Positions 37,622 to 50,717 of a stretch of DNA of 64,000 bases are shown one piece after another; the first letter of the stretch is position 1; the number at the start of each line of letters is the position of its first letter. The translations under genes were made by a program, and so were the position numbers. The stretch is from Antedon mediterranea (Eukaryota > Animalia > Echinodermata): assembly GCF_964355755.1 (NCBI RefSeq), contig NC_092670.1, forward strand, positions 22,306,795 to 22,370,794, written 5' to 3'. The notes below the pieces were generated by a model. It had not been told where the DNA came from, did not search any database, and saw only the letters and a program-made list of their open reading frames with translations.

Positions 37622-40122
37622 ATGGACAACGAAACAAAGTCAACACTGTGGTCTCCACTTGTACTGGATATTTACACCGGTTTTCAAAAATCACAGGTTT
37701 GTATTATTGACTTTAACGCGTATACACGGTTGAATTATATTATATTTCTGTAATGCAAATTAAGAATATTGATCTATTTTGGTTCAATTTGTTGATGTTT
37801 ATTGGCCTAATGAGTAGTTCAAGTTCAATCTGATTTATCCGCGAAGCCTCAGAACAACACAATGTTAACACCATACATACATAACATGCCTACATAAAAT
37901 CATCTGAAAATAAAGACAATTATACGTTTTTTTTAGGCCTATACCATATAAATATTATAGTGAACTATTACTCTACATCGGCCTGCTTTTGTTTAATTTA
38001 TTTTGAAAAGAGTAGATAGTTGGATCAGTTTGGATCCGAACTTAAGTTATTCAATCCTAGCTCATATATCTAAGACGATTCTTATTGAATAGGTAGGCTT
38101 AATTTTTTTTAATCAAGGCCAAAAAAAAAACACCAAACCATCAATTTTAAATACGGTATAACATACAGTAATTCGTTTTACATTTGTAGGCGTTGTTTGT
38201 GACAACTGAACTGCAGTTGTATGATCTTCTTGCGATTCATCAAAATGGAATGACAGCCACTGAAATAGCCAACAAGAAGAAACTCAATCTGGACGCAACA
38301 GAAAGAATTCTCGATTACGCTGCTGGATTAAAACTTATTAAAAAAGATTTTAAATCTGAATCTAAAACTGGTAAGTAAGTACAATTTACATACTGTATAT
38401 ACATATATTGTTAGTACCCATAACTATGAGGCTTGTGGAACTCCTTCTCAGGCTAACACTTAGGCTTCCTGGGATTAATATTTCGTAGTGTTACACTGAG
38501 CTCGAGAAATGTTCTATCAATAGCAAATGCCATTGTTATTTTTTTTAATAGTAGCAATTTACAGCAATTATCCCGAGATTGCAGAAGTTCTACAATCAAG
38601 TAAGCCTAATAATATGGTAGCGGCTATTATACATGCTTCCCGTACTCAGTACCCATTGTACCAGCATTTGATGACCACGATCAAGAGCGGCCGCAACACA
38701 GAAGCTTACAAAAATGCATTTGGTTTGGAGGTAAGAAATATATTGTGTTTTACACCTAGACTTTTATCTTGCGATAGTCCGTTAAAATATGTCTCTAGTA
38801 ACCGTTGCAGAATCGACTTGTTTTATTATTTGAGAGCTACTAAGCTACTAAATGTATTTGGTTTTGAGGTAAGTGTTTAATTTCAATTTTGTATGTTAAA
38901 GACAAGTTGTCAGTCACGTCTTTGACCGTTCTTCAAACGTGCAGGTATAATTTCGATCATTTAATAAAATGATAGAGGTAATAAATTACGAAAATGATAG
39001 TCATAAATTATTGACACGTGTTAAATTTTATACATGTAATACTTCCCATTTTGCCGTGACGAATTCACAAGTACTAGGCCTACTATACCACCAGGCAGAA
39101 CAGCATAATGTTCTTAAATGTGTACCACTTTTAGCACATATTCCACCACTAAATTCACATCCGTCCTGTCAAAATCAATTTGTCTTTCTTTTTTGTTTAG
39201 ATGACATTGGAGACATTCGAAAGTCTTTATGAAACTGACAAAGATTACTCAGCAACTTTCCTACAGTATATGCACCAGTTATCTTCAATTACGTCTCCAG
39301 GAGTGGCAAAATCATTTGACCTTTCACCTTTCTGTGAGATATGTGATTTAGGAGGTAGGAGTTTTTCGGTATCTGGACATTTGGTATGTTATTTTTAGTT
39401 ACACCACTAAGTTAAAATTTTTTTAAACAGGTGGATCTGGGTCATTGGCATACGCATTAGCCTCTGAATATCCAGACGCAACGGTCACAGTGTTTGACTT
39501 GGCCACTGCTGTAGAAGCGGCACAGATAATAACACCTGACGAAACTGAAAGACAAAAGGTCAAGTTTGTTGCTGGAGATTTCTTTCAAGATGAATTTCCT
39601 CCAGCTGGCTTGTATACTTTTGCAAGAATTCTTCACGATTGGCCAGATGAGAAAGTGCATCAGCTGCTGAACAAGACCTTTAAATCTTTGAAATCTGGTA
39701 ATTATTATTAGGCAACGTTTTTTTTTAATTCTCAACCGGCCCATGTGTGTCCGGATAAATGTGTAAAACTGGTTGTGTTCACATCACACTATATATATAT
39801 ATAGTATTATACAGCCGATACAATCTCCCTAAAATAATACTCCTGTATTATGGTCTACTCTGTATCGACATCATGATGTCTGTTCTTTTTTTTACATACA
39901 GGTGGTGCTGTTTTGATAGCAGAACTTGTAATGAACGAAACTAAAACTGGTCCTCTACAAACGTTACGCTACAACGTTCAGATGATGATTGAAATGTCTG
40001 GAAGAGAAAGAACTGAGACAGAGTACCGTCTATTATTGGAACAACATGGATTTGTTGATTTTGAATGCAAATTTGTTGCTGGATATAGCAGTTTTCATGC
40101 GATGATAGCTAAAAAACCATAA
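37622..40122 (+). CDS. ASMT/HIOMT-like O-methyltransferase copy 3, about 357 aa, canonical active site
   Basis: Exons 37622-37696, 38190-38370, 38555-38730, 39201-39354, 39431-39697, 39902-40122. N-terminal dimerisation region, DLGGGSG, AGDFF, RILHDW, GRERT. Confidence 0.92.
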
Positions 40123-40200
40123 ATGTAAAAAGCTGCTTGGTATACTGTTTAACCGCCTTTTATTTTCCTTCATGTTTAGCCTATATATAAATATGTTAGC

Positions 40201-40715
40201 TTAAAGCTGAGGTACAGGCATGAATTTTAAATATAATATCGGGTTAATTGTACATAATATGGTCAAATACAAAATTTTGCAAAATTCTGCCAAAAAAAAC
40301 AGGAAGACTTTTTTTCAGTAGTTAGGTAGTTAACATAATGTAATAACATGTCTGGTGACTCCCTAGAAGGTGAAAAAGATGGTGGATATACGGTGGATAA
40401 TTTTTGCTATAGCATGAAAATAAAATTCTGAAGTTGAATAAAAATACCAGAAATGTAAAATTCAAGTTATATTACCTATATTTAGTCATCTGATAACATT
40501 TTTTACCACACCGTTTATTTTTCATAGCTTTTTAAAATGCCTCTCTATTTTCAAAATTTGTGTACAAAAGAATAGAGATTTTACTGTGTAATTTGAGCTA
40601 TCCCTCCTGTAACACAAATAAAATCCCAAAAATTATGAAACATGGGGAAACTATAGATCGATAATTATTGGAATGTATGATCAATAGAAATTTTTTGCCC
40701 GCACCTGGCCTTTAA
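40201..40715. mobile_element. TTAA-flanked non-autonomous DNA element (Kolobok-like)
   Basis: TTAA-AGCTGAGGTACAGGCA ... TGCCCGCACCTGGCCT-TTAA, imperfect TIRs. Confidence 0.5.
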
Positions 40716-43700
40716 TATAATGGTTTTATGAATGTATTTTATTTTTGCACATTAGAACAGGCCCGGCTCGGAGAACGCAGAGCGTCCGTTAGTTAGAACA
40801 GCCGATTCTCGGTACTGTATCTATTTCCGAAGTATCATAAGAATATTTGCTAAATACAACATCGCATGTGTTTCACATGTATAGTACCTAACCCTTAACC
40901 TAACCTTACATGATACAGGCACCACATGTGATATAAATGAGATACTGTAGGCCTACAGTATTACCAAATGTTCCTATGATAGGCCTACTTTGGAAGTAGG
41001 CCTAGTATGGAGACAGCACCGAGAATCAGGTGTTGTAGTGTAATATCGAACACAAATGCTGCCTAATTTCTGTACCAGTGCGAACCTGGGATTATTCATT
41101 TGCTACTGATAAAGCAGCTCTCTGCTGCAGGATTGCTACCGTACTTTTGTTAGATTTTGTGTGACAGTGTTTTAACGGAAAATAAAAATAATTTACAAAA
41201 AAAAAGTAATATGGTTTTACTATCTCATTGGTCAGCTGGGATTAGAACACTTATTGTGTAGCCTTTATAAAATGAACGGTGCGCGCAGAGCGAGATCAAC
41301 GGCGCAAATACCAGAAAAACACGGAAAACAATCATCACCTAACTACAATAATATAGGCCTATACAAACTTCAGCAGAAAAGATTGTTAAAGTATAAAAAA
41401 AATATGTTATTGGTGTTCATGGGCAAGTTCATTACTGGACAAGCAACAACCCGTATCATAAAATTTCCAAGGATGGGCGCTGATCGTTTTGTTTTCAATT
41501 TTGGAAAAAAAACCACAATTAAATATAAAACCACAACAGAAAACATTAATTTGCCAATGAAAAAAAAAAAATTTATATTTGTACACACTTTCAGAATTCT
41601 TTCCCTTGAGTACAGTACGGAGCCTGATAGGTCTAGGCATATTACAGTAGTTTAATGCAGGTCATTGATCAGTGCCAACAACCTATCAATTGGGACTAAT
41701 CTGGCTCGATACCAAAGCTTGTCAGCAGCAGCACCTCCGCACAAGTAGTATTTTTATACGGTACCTCCTTGGTACACAACTGTTTATAAATACGGTAAGT
41801 GAGAATAATGTCATTCACGTAGTATTAATATGAATTAAAGCGTGCGCAGTAGGGCTTCAGTTCTAAAGTTTTGAATGGGTGTCCAAATATATGATCTACT
41901 AACTATACAAGAAAGATTAAATCAACTCTTTGGAGTGAACTTCTGGGTGAAGACAGGCGTATTACTTTAGTCATTGAGGGAGGGGAGTGACCCCGCTCAG
42001 CGGCGTAGTTTAATGATGTGTATAGGCATACATCATGGATAAAATATTTAATCCATGCCTAACGAAGTATAATATAGGCACGTTGGCTTATGTGTGTACT
42101 TATGTTCAGTTGACGGATATCCTGAGTCTGTCATTCACTATCCTGTTTAGGGCCTATTTTGGCAATTATGTGTACTGCTGTACACTCGTTATTTTCATAT
42201 TAGCCGTCTAATATACGACCCTTGGATTTCAGGTTTTAGTAAAATATTGACATATTTCAATTAGTTACAAGGGAAACATACTATTTGCCACGTCTTTGTC
42301 AAAGCAAACAACAGTTGGCAGATAAAATTGTATTGAATGATTAAGTTATAGTGGTTCAACAGTATATTTAAATAGTTAAATCGTACGATTATATCTATAC
42401 TAAAACATCTGCCTCATGGAGTAAATAGTTATTGAACAGGCCTGGATATAGATTGGTTGTACTATGACATTTGTACCGGGAAAACACTTTATTAATAGCA
42501 GAAGCGTATCAGTCCAGTAGGCCTAACATAATTACAATACACTTAACTGATGTTAAACTCATGTAACTGCTCTCGCTAACCGGCACATTTAAACGTCAAC
42601 TTAACACTTTTTCTTTTAATATAATTACTAAGTATTGTTAGGCGCTCTGTTCTTTGTAGGGCGCCACATAAAAGCTTTGATAGAATAGATAGAATTATGT
42701 CTACTAACACCCGGTTCTGTCACTAGACTCTATACGTGGAAGCCTATATTGCCAGTTATCTAGAACAGAGCCGAGCTGTATTAAGTACTTTTAATTCACG
42801 ACATCTCTCTACTAAATAAAATCTAGCTCAGATAACACGTATTTTTTGTCATGGGTGTAGGCCTATATAATTAAGATGGTCTTCGTCTTGAAAACTCCCG
42901 TAAAATAATTAATAAATTAATCTAACAAGACAGTAACCGGTGAAAGACAGTGAGTCACATTTATATGTTATCAGTTCGGGCATTTTCGAGCAGTTAGTTA
43001 ACTGATTATTAAAAATTATCTGGTTATTCAGTAAAAGCAAGGTTGTCATAGCCTTGTTCAAAGGAAGGGGCCGGGGTGGGATGGGAAAGGAAAGAGAGGC
43101 GTATACTCCAACATGACTCTACACATAAATCAAGGCAATCTGACAACAGGACACTGAGCTTGCCTTTCCAAGATAGGAACTCGTAACAGTCTTTTGATCT
43201 TATCTCTGGCTGCGAAAAATAGCAAAGGTACAGTAACTGGTGTACATGTACATAATATTCTCCGCGGCGCGCGGTGTTTGTTATAGTTGTGAAACTGATC
43301 GTGTCACAGCCATAGATAAACCCTTTGATCTCCGGAGCTCAGTATCCAGGATTGCTTGGATAAACTAAGCATGCAATCGATATCAAAGAGAAATGTAATT
43401 GGCCACACCTGTAGCAGCCTCATTTGAGTTGTGAAGGTTTATATTATTATTATATCCAAGACCAAACACTGAAAAACAGTCATCAATAATCGAATCATTA
43501 ACATATGGTTGATTTACACTGTATAAATATAGGCTCTACCCATAAACATGATTTTACTATATGAAAAACAACTTGATTTGCAAAAACAGATTTGGTGAGA
43601 CAGGATTCATCCGAGAAGAAATCGACAGAGAGACAAAAGACAGGTCGATAATCGCCGTCTCCTCGGGTAAGTTCTGGATTTTGTGTATGCATCGGACCCT

Positions 43701-43953
43701 GCAATGCATCTTTTGGAAGATTATTGGATTATACTCCGATGTATTACAGTGACAGCGCTCGACACGAATTGGCCTTAGGCGAGATAGGGGCCAGTTCACC
43801 ATTCTTTCAGACAAAATACAATTCCATCCAAGTAACAACAATTCTCAGATAGTTCCATCACAAACAATGTTCAATCTTTGTATATAGACCTACTCCCTTA
43901 TGTGTATGCCTATAATTTTAGGGGGTTTTTTTTCAGGTAGGCCTACATTCAAG

Positions 43954-45868
43954 ATGTTTTCAAGATTTTCACACATCTTAAATAGGTCTACTGCAGGTGA
44001 ACTATTGTACAACACAAAACATTTATCCGGAAATGTTGGCTTAAAACATCCATTAAAGGTGTTAGTGTCGTTGGACGGCTGCGTTGCCGACAGTGAAGAT
44101 TATTTCTTACGGGAGTATCGACGAAGATACCCTCTGGAGCCGTATGTCAGGGTTGAGGAACGACAGAAGATACCACTGGCACATCAATATGGTCGACTGC
44201 GACCTGATCTAGTAGTAAGTTGCTTTATTCAAACCCCACTGCCATGGCGCATAGGCCTACCCACCGACATGTCAAAGAAGATATAGACTACGTGTTTCCT
44301 TTAAATTTGACACGATAGGCACTACCAACAAATACACCACAGGTCACAAGAAGATCTTATAGTTTAAAAAAAAACCCGTATCTCCTGGGCGCTACCATGC
44401 CACACATAGACCTTTCTTTTTACTTCGAAATAAATCTAAACTAACCAAAATGTAACCACGAATCAGAGGTGTCATTTTTGGCGCTATTCGTGTCGGATGA
44501 CGGCTTTGGAATGTATGGGCCTAATTTACATACCAGGGGTCTCTTCTATAGCACTAATGATTGCCTACTTGATTCAAATAAATTTGATCGATTTTACTAA
44601 AAAGTAATCTATTTAATTTTTACAGCAACATGTAGAAAGCATATTGAAAACACCTGGGTTTTACGTTAAAATGGCGCCGATTACAGGAGCTATTCAGGCG
44701 CTTACCGAAATGCAGAATAACGAGCAGTAAGACATTATCATTATCTTTCTTATCATCATTAACAATCATTAATTAATCAATCATTTACCATGTGTGTACC
44801 ATTGCTGATGGTAAAGCAGCGAAACTCATCTATTAAAAAACACCAACAAAATAAAGGCCTAAAGTATTATTGTTATATAGGTTAGACGTTTATATAATGG
44901 TGTGTCCAATTCAGAATTCACCAAAAGCATTGCACGAAAAGGTAAGTGTCAACTGAAATAAATTAAAAATGCACAAGAACTAAATCTTCATTGGGTTTCA
45001 ATCGCGATAGATCATAATATAATATACAAATAAGGTTTATCGCAAATAGCTTCTACAATGCATGATGGGAAGGGTTTGGGAGCAAACGTCACAACGTGTA
45101 CGTACATGATTGACGTTTGCTCCCAAATCCTTCCCACCATGCATCGCGCACGCTATTTGCGATAAACCTTATAAGAAAGAACCATAATATTAATAGAAAC
45201 CCTTCGGGACTAAACAAAGCTTCCATTTTATCTAAAACCTTGTCTACACTATCAAACTTTATGTGACAAAAATGATGAGTGATGTGCCCATATATGGACA
45301 TGATGATGTCATATCACTACCATATCTTTGGGCATATACTACCATATTTTGCCATATCACATGTTTTTTGTCAAACTAGTTTGATAGTGTAGTTAGAGCT
45401 TAAGACAATTTTCTCTATTACAGTATAGGCCTAACATTAATTATGTATCTTTCGTATAGGCTTTAATACACATCTTTACTTTGTCTTGGACTGACTCGAA
45501 TAAACGGCCTATATTTACTATTTTCAGTTCCAATGGATTAAAACACATTTAGGGCAAGTCTTTTTGGAACATTTAATTGTAGTCAAGGACAACTACATGA
45601 TACAGGCTGATGTACATTTTAGTAGGAAGGAGTCAAATGAAGGTAATAAACATCATAATATTATATATCACCTTGATGCTCTACTAATTTTCAATCTTAA
45701 CATTTTATTTTTTTGTTATAAATTTGTATAGGTAACACATTCAGTCTTGAGGCAACCAGAATATCAGGTAATCTCAAGACAGACTTTGCGTGGACTGATG
45801 ACACATGGCGAAATATTCTCAGAATGAAGGATAAAGAAATTATTAAAAACGCACGTGTAGAACAATAA
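43954..45868 (+). CDS. 5'(3')-deoxyribonucleotidase NT5M/NT5C-like HAD protein with degenerate catalytic motifs, about 224 aa
   Basis: Exons 43954-44214, 44626-44726, 44881-44941, 45528-45642, 45732-45868 form an open frame. VLVSLDGCVADSE, QYGRLRP, PITGAIQALTEM, EKFQWIKTHLG align with NT5M. Confidence 0.88.
45031..45171. mobile_element. Palindromic MITE
   Basis: TAAGGTTTATCGCAAATAGC...GCTATTTGCGATAAACCTTA, almost wholly self-complementary. Confidence 0.8.
45236..45402. mobile_element. Recurrent MITE family
   Basis: TIR CTACACTATCAAACT / AGTTTGATAGTGTAG with internal CATATCACTACCATAT repeats. Partial copies near 4215, 15815-15925 and 47645-47790. Confidence 0.8.
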
Positions 45869-47049
45869 CAAAACCCCATCTCTCGTTCTAACTGCTGTTG
45901 ATTGATGTTGATATTAATAATACATGGAGATCGGGTAAAATGAATACCCTGACGTACTTTTCCACTAGAATGCATGTTAGGTTAGACATCGGCACGCGAG
46001 AGACATTATTTATTCATTTTATTTACTTTATAATACTATATATATATTTCAATAATATATCGATAAAGAGTCTATCATGTGTAGTTTAAGAATAACATAC
46101 TCTATTGTATAAAAGTTTATAATTATATTTACTCAGGCCTTTTGTTATATCCAATGGACATCAACTAAATAAACATTACCATAATACTGTACTGTATATA
46201 TTTTATCAAAATATATAAACTTAACAAAAAACCGTTTGTAATTCAGTTGAATGATTTTTTTTTCGACTAATTTTTATTGAAAGTTAAATTACTATTATGA
46301 TACTTCAAATTGACCCATTTTTTTTCGAAATCTGTTATTTTTTATTTTTTTGGAATTAGTCAAAGGGACAATACATCTTTAATTATCAGGATAGGCAGAT
46401 TGATTTCTTACGGCATGTAATGTTTTATTGAAATACCGCCCTCTATTACAATTCATTAAACTTCATTTCACGTACGCACACGTGTGAGTTGAAAACATAA
46501 ACGAGATACATTGAAAAGCATGTTATGAACGTTGTTGTCTCTTAATATTGCAATTATTAACAACAATACGTCTTTCTTATTACTGTACTATTTTATGTGG
46601 TGAGTTCTTGATAATTTTAGGAATAAGGAAACGTATGGAATTAAAAGCGTATTAGGGCTAGGCCTAGTCCTACTAGAGAGGCCTAGCTAGACGTATTTAT
46701 AAACATAGGCGGCCCTCTAGGCTAGCAAGTAGGGCCTACGAGGTGAACTGCCTGGCCACGGAAGCGAAAGGCGGCGTGGCAAGGCCCAGGGAGCAATCTG
46801 ACACTAGCCACAGTTAAAGTAAGCCTAGCTTGTTGTTGGTGCCACTCTCGGGCCAACGATAAAGTAAACTAGCTAGGCTCCTACTATAGATAGGATCCCA
46901 ACTACCTGTATTTAATTTGTTTTATTGTTTTTTATCGCAATTTAGAAGTATAAAATACTCTAATTTTAAAAGTATATATACAATTACAGTATTTAAATTT
47001 TTAGCAAGAATTGTGTTGTAAAATTTCATTCTACATTTGATAGTGCAAG

Positions 47050-49214
47050 ATGAATGACAATGACGTAAAGGATGCTACAAAGAAGCAAACAAATAAAAAG
47101 GATAAGCAAACAAATAAAAAGGATAAACAATCAAAAAAGAAATCATCTAAACAGGACAAAATTAACAGCAACAAGCAAACTGAAAATGTTATAAAATTAG
47201 ATGACGGAGACAACAATGAAAAACAGGAGAGAAAACGACAATTTAGTGAAGAAATTACAAAAGATAAAAGTAAAACAAAAGCTAAAAGTAAGAAACGGAA
47301 GAAAAAAATTAAGGAAAAGCATGATGATAGTTCAGATGTCGATAAAACTAATGACAGAAAAGCACAGACATTAGCATTGCAATACCTACAACAGTGGAAG
47401 AAATTTAAAAACGTTTGGTCATTTCAAAAAGTCCGACAAGTTTGGTTGCTGAGAAATATGTACGATACTGACATGGTAAATAAAGGTGTAAACTTAAACC
47501 ATAAATAAAACATGCAAAAATATTGGATTGTGGTTGACATGCTTGCTTACAATGTCAACATCATTGGTTCAAATCCTGTCACGGTTTCAGGATTTTGTCT
47601 GATGACCATTGGTACAATGTCACTATCTCATGAGACTTTGTTTAAGCTCTCTCATTATTAAACTGTATGATGTGATGTGCTCATATATGGACATGATGAT
47701 ATAATATCACTACTATACTTGGGCATATCACTACCATATTTGGGCAGATCACACTTTTTTGTCAAACTAGTTTGATAGTGTAGCCAGAGCATTAGAAATA
47801 TGTGAAGCGCTTTGATCAACTTGGTAAAGCGCTATATAAGCATAGCAATTTTATTGCAGGATGGGTTTCCCATCCTGCAATGTGACTGTTAATTATGCAT
47901 CTTGACACAAGGCCACTAAAGCGTGGTTCCCACTAGCGACGCAACACAAGGACGCAACGCAAGTGAATTGACCAATCACAAGCGATGGCTTATTCGCTTG
48001 TGATTGCTAACTGTCTATAACTTCGCTTGTCATTGGTTAAAACACTTGCGTTGCGTTTACGTCCTTGCGTTGCGTTCTAGTGGGAACCAAGCTTAACTTT
48101 GGCGACAGGGTGGCGTCATATGATAATTGAGGACCAAAAAATGTAATGTATTGCAGTTACAGTATAAACTACATTTTTTTTCATAATTCATAATTTCTGC
48201 TTATTAAATATTAGGTTGATGATGATTATTTTGAAATATTACTGGAATACATTGAACCATTAAAAGGTTTGGCAAAGATTACAACTCTTGAAAAAGCAGA
48301 GAAGCTATTAAAGGAACAAGAAGAAAGCGAGAGTGAGGACGAAAGCCCACAACAGGATGAGGAAGAAGATGGTAGGGTTAATACTGTAATTACTACAGCC
48401 AAATAATACTGAAATTCACTTCATTCAGTGCTACACATGGCTACCCCAACATAGCATCTCATAAATCAACCATCATTCAGTGCTACACACGGCTAGCCCA
48501 ACATAGCATCTCATAAATCAACCTTCATTCAGTGCTACACATGGCTAGCCCAACATAGCATCTCATAGATCAACTGTCATTCAGGGCTACACATGGCTAG
48601 CCCAACATAGCATCTCATAAATCAACCATCATTCAGTGCTACACATGGCTAGCCCAACATAGCATCTCATAAGTCAACCATCATTCAGTGCTACACATGG
48701 CTAGCCCAACATAGCATCTCATAAATCAACCATAATTCAGTGCTACACATGGCTAGCCCAACATCGCATCTTATAAATTAACCATCAGGCCTTGTCTTTT
48801 AAGGCGAGCGAGTGTGATCACTCGCCTAACACACTCCTAAACTGCACTTTGTAGCACACCTACAGTTTTAAAAAGACAAGGCCTGAACCATCATTCAGTG
48901 CTACACATAACTAGCCCAACATAGCATCTCATAAATCAACCTTCATTCATTGCTACACATGGCTAGCCCAACATAACATCTTATAAAATGAATTATCATT
49001 GAAACGACATTACTGCACAAAAAATTTAAATCATTACTACTGTACCGAACTACAGTACTACTGTAATAAATTATCTCCTACCATCAAATAAATCACTTAA
49101 CTAAAGAAATGCAGAATTTTAATTTGATTTCCCTTCTTTTCAGGTGATAAACGAGTAAAACTGACAGACAAGCAGATGGACAGAGTACGGCAGGTTATTC
49201 AAATTTTAGTTTGA
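47050..49214 (+). CDS. C7orf50: C7orf50-like WKF-domain protein with a Lys-rich N-terminus
   Basis: Exons 47050-47475, 48215-48371, 49144-49214. ALQYLQQW...WSFQKVRQVWLLRNMYD..VDDDYFEILLEYI..LKG...RVRQVIQIL. An upstream exon is possible. Confidence 0.85.
47917..48096. mobile_element. MITE
   Basis: TIR TGGTTCCCACTAG..ACGCAAC / GTTGCGT..CTAGTGGGAACCA. Confidence 0.8.
48417..48990 (+). repeat. 52-bp minisatellite, about 9 copies, interrupted by a 100-bp TIR element
   Basis: Unit TCATTCAGTGCTACACATGGCTAGCCCAACATAGCATCTCATAAATCAACCA. Insert 48786-48885 CAGGCCTTGTCTTTT...AAAAGACAAGGCCTG flanked by AACCAT on both sides. Confidence 0.95.
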
Positions 49215-49930
49215 AAGTAAGCTGACATTTTAGAAATCTAGCTGGTGCTTAAACTGTGAAAGAAATTGTGATTTTAAAAACACAAAATAATCTACACTTT
49301 AGTGGTAGACATTACAAAACCTATATTAATCAATTATTGATGAATAAATTTGCTTAAAAATTACTAAAAAATATGGGTAAGCTTATCTGAGTCAATAGTA
49401 AAATAATCAGAACTGTATGAATATTATTATTATAAGAAAAAATAAATATAACCCTTAATAGTGGTTCTATTGTAGTTATTGAAAAACGAAAATCAAGAAT
49501 GAAATGAAAACATATATACACAGGTGTAAAGGTACAGGTTATGTATGTATTCACAGTATTGCAACATTTCTAATTTAGACAATTGTTTAACAATATTTCT
49601 ACCTAATAATTAAACACATTTAAAATATTCATTAATTATATATTAACCTATATTATTAATTCATTCATTTGTTATTTAACTGATTGTAATACAAATACTT
49701 ACTAGCTAAACATACAGTTGTAACTAAACACTTTTACAAATAATTTAAATATTTTCCTTTTTTTTTATGCAAGCTTAGAAACCACATTTGTCTTACTCTT
49801 CTGACGTGGAAAAAATTAAATTGAAATTCTCTTTATTGCAGTGTATTATTATACATATTTAATTGTAATGATCTATATTACTGTATTAAAAGTACAGTAT
49901 GAATTGTACTGTACATACCTACAAATAGGC

Positions 49931-50108
49931 TTAAGGGACTTTCACACCTGTTTCGGTCTGGTGCCGGCAAATCCAATCGAGCGTCAATGTTTTGTTTTTA
50001 CGTGGCTATGCGCATATCGATTGCTGCATGGAGCATTGTGAAAACGAAACATTTGCGTTTGATTTGCCGTACCGAAATCATGCCGGAACAGGTGTGAAAG
50101 ATCCTTTA
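49931..50108. mobile_element. MITE
   Basis: CTTTCACACCTGTT..CGG / CCGGAACAGGTGTGAAAG inverted termini. Confidence 0.75.
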
Positions 50109-50717
50109 TACTAGGTCACTACTAACCTGTATGTGCACCTTTAAATAGTAGTACAAGCGAAAAGTACGACTAGAATTAAATTTGACTGGACACAATATAA
50201 TACAAAGCTTACTGTACTATTATTGATTAAAATCTAATAAGAAGAAAGGCCTTGTAGCACTTCATTCATTACTATTAGAATGTTCATGTTATTGATTACT
50301 GTATTGCAATTACCAACTGTGGTATAATATTTCATCATATGCATCTCATTTATTACATGAAGTGGTTCGTCATTCAAAAATATTTTTATATTTTCTTACA
50401 AATGTTAGCATGTCTAGTTAAAAATAATACAAAACAATATTATACTACTGCACAGTGTAATGTAATATTATGATCGCATCCTCATAATTACATTTTTCAA
50501 AAATTATTTAATTTAAATTATTGCATAACACAATATTTATACTTGTTTATTATTTATGTTTTGTGGTAATGTATATCTATATACAATGAGAAGATGTAGT
50601 CCTGGACTACTTATTGCCAAACCAAAAAAACTGTTGGGAGTTGACTCCATGGCTGGCCGTTTGTTTCGTTTTCCATTTTAGCATATTACTTTTTATTCAT
50701 AAATTAATGTACAGTAT

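Noticed and set aside
41254-41655. 133-aa plus-strand ORF and overlapping minus-strand ORFs
   Set aside because: Low-complexity A-run composition, no motifs and no exon support.
45794-45822. CTGATGA...GAAA inside the last NT5M-like exon
   Set aside because: Stem II cannot close with a base pair. Chance match in coding sequence.
48417-48990. CRISPR-like regular array
   Set aside because: Units are contiguous with no unique spacers, the context is a eukaryotic intron, and there are no cas genes.
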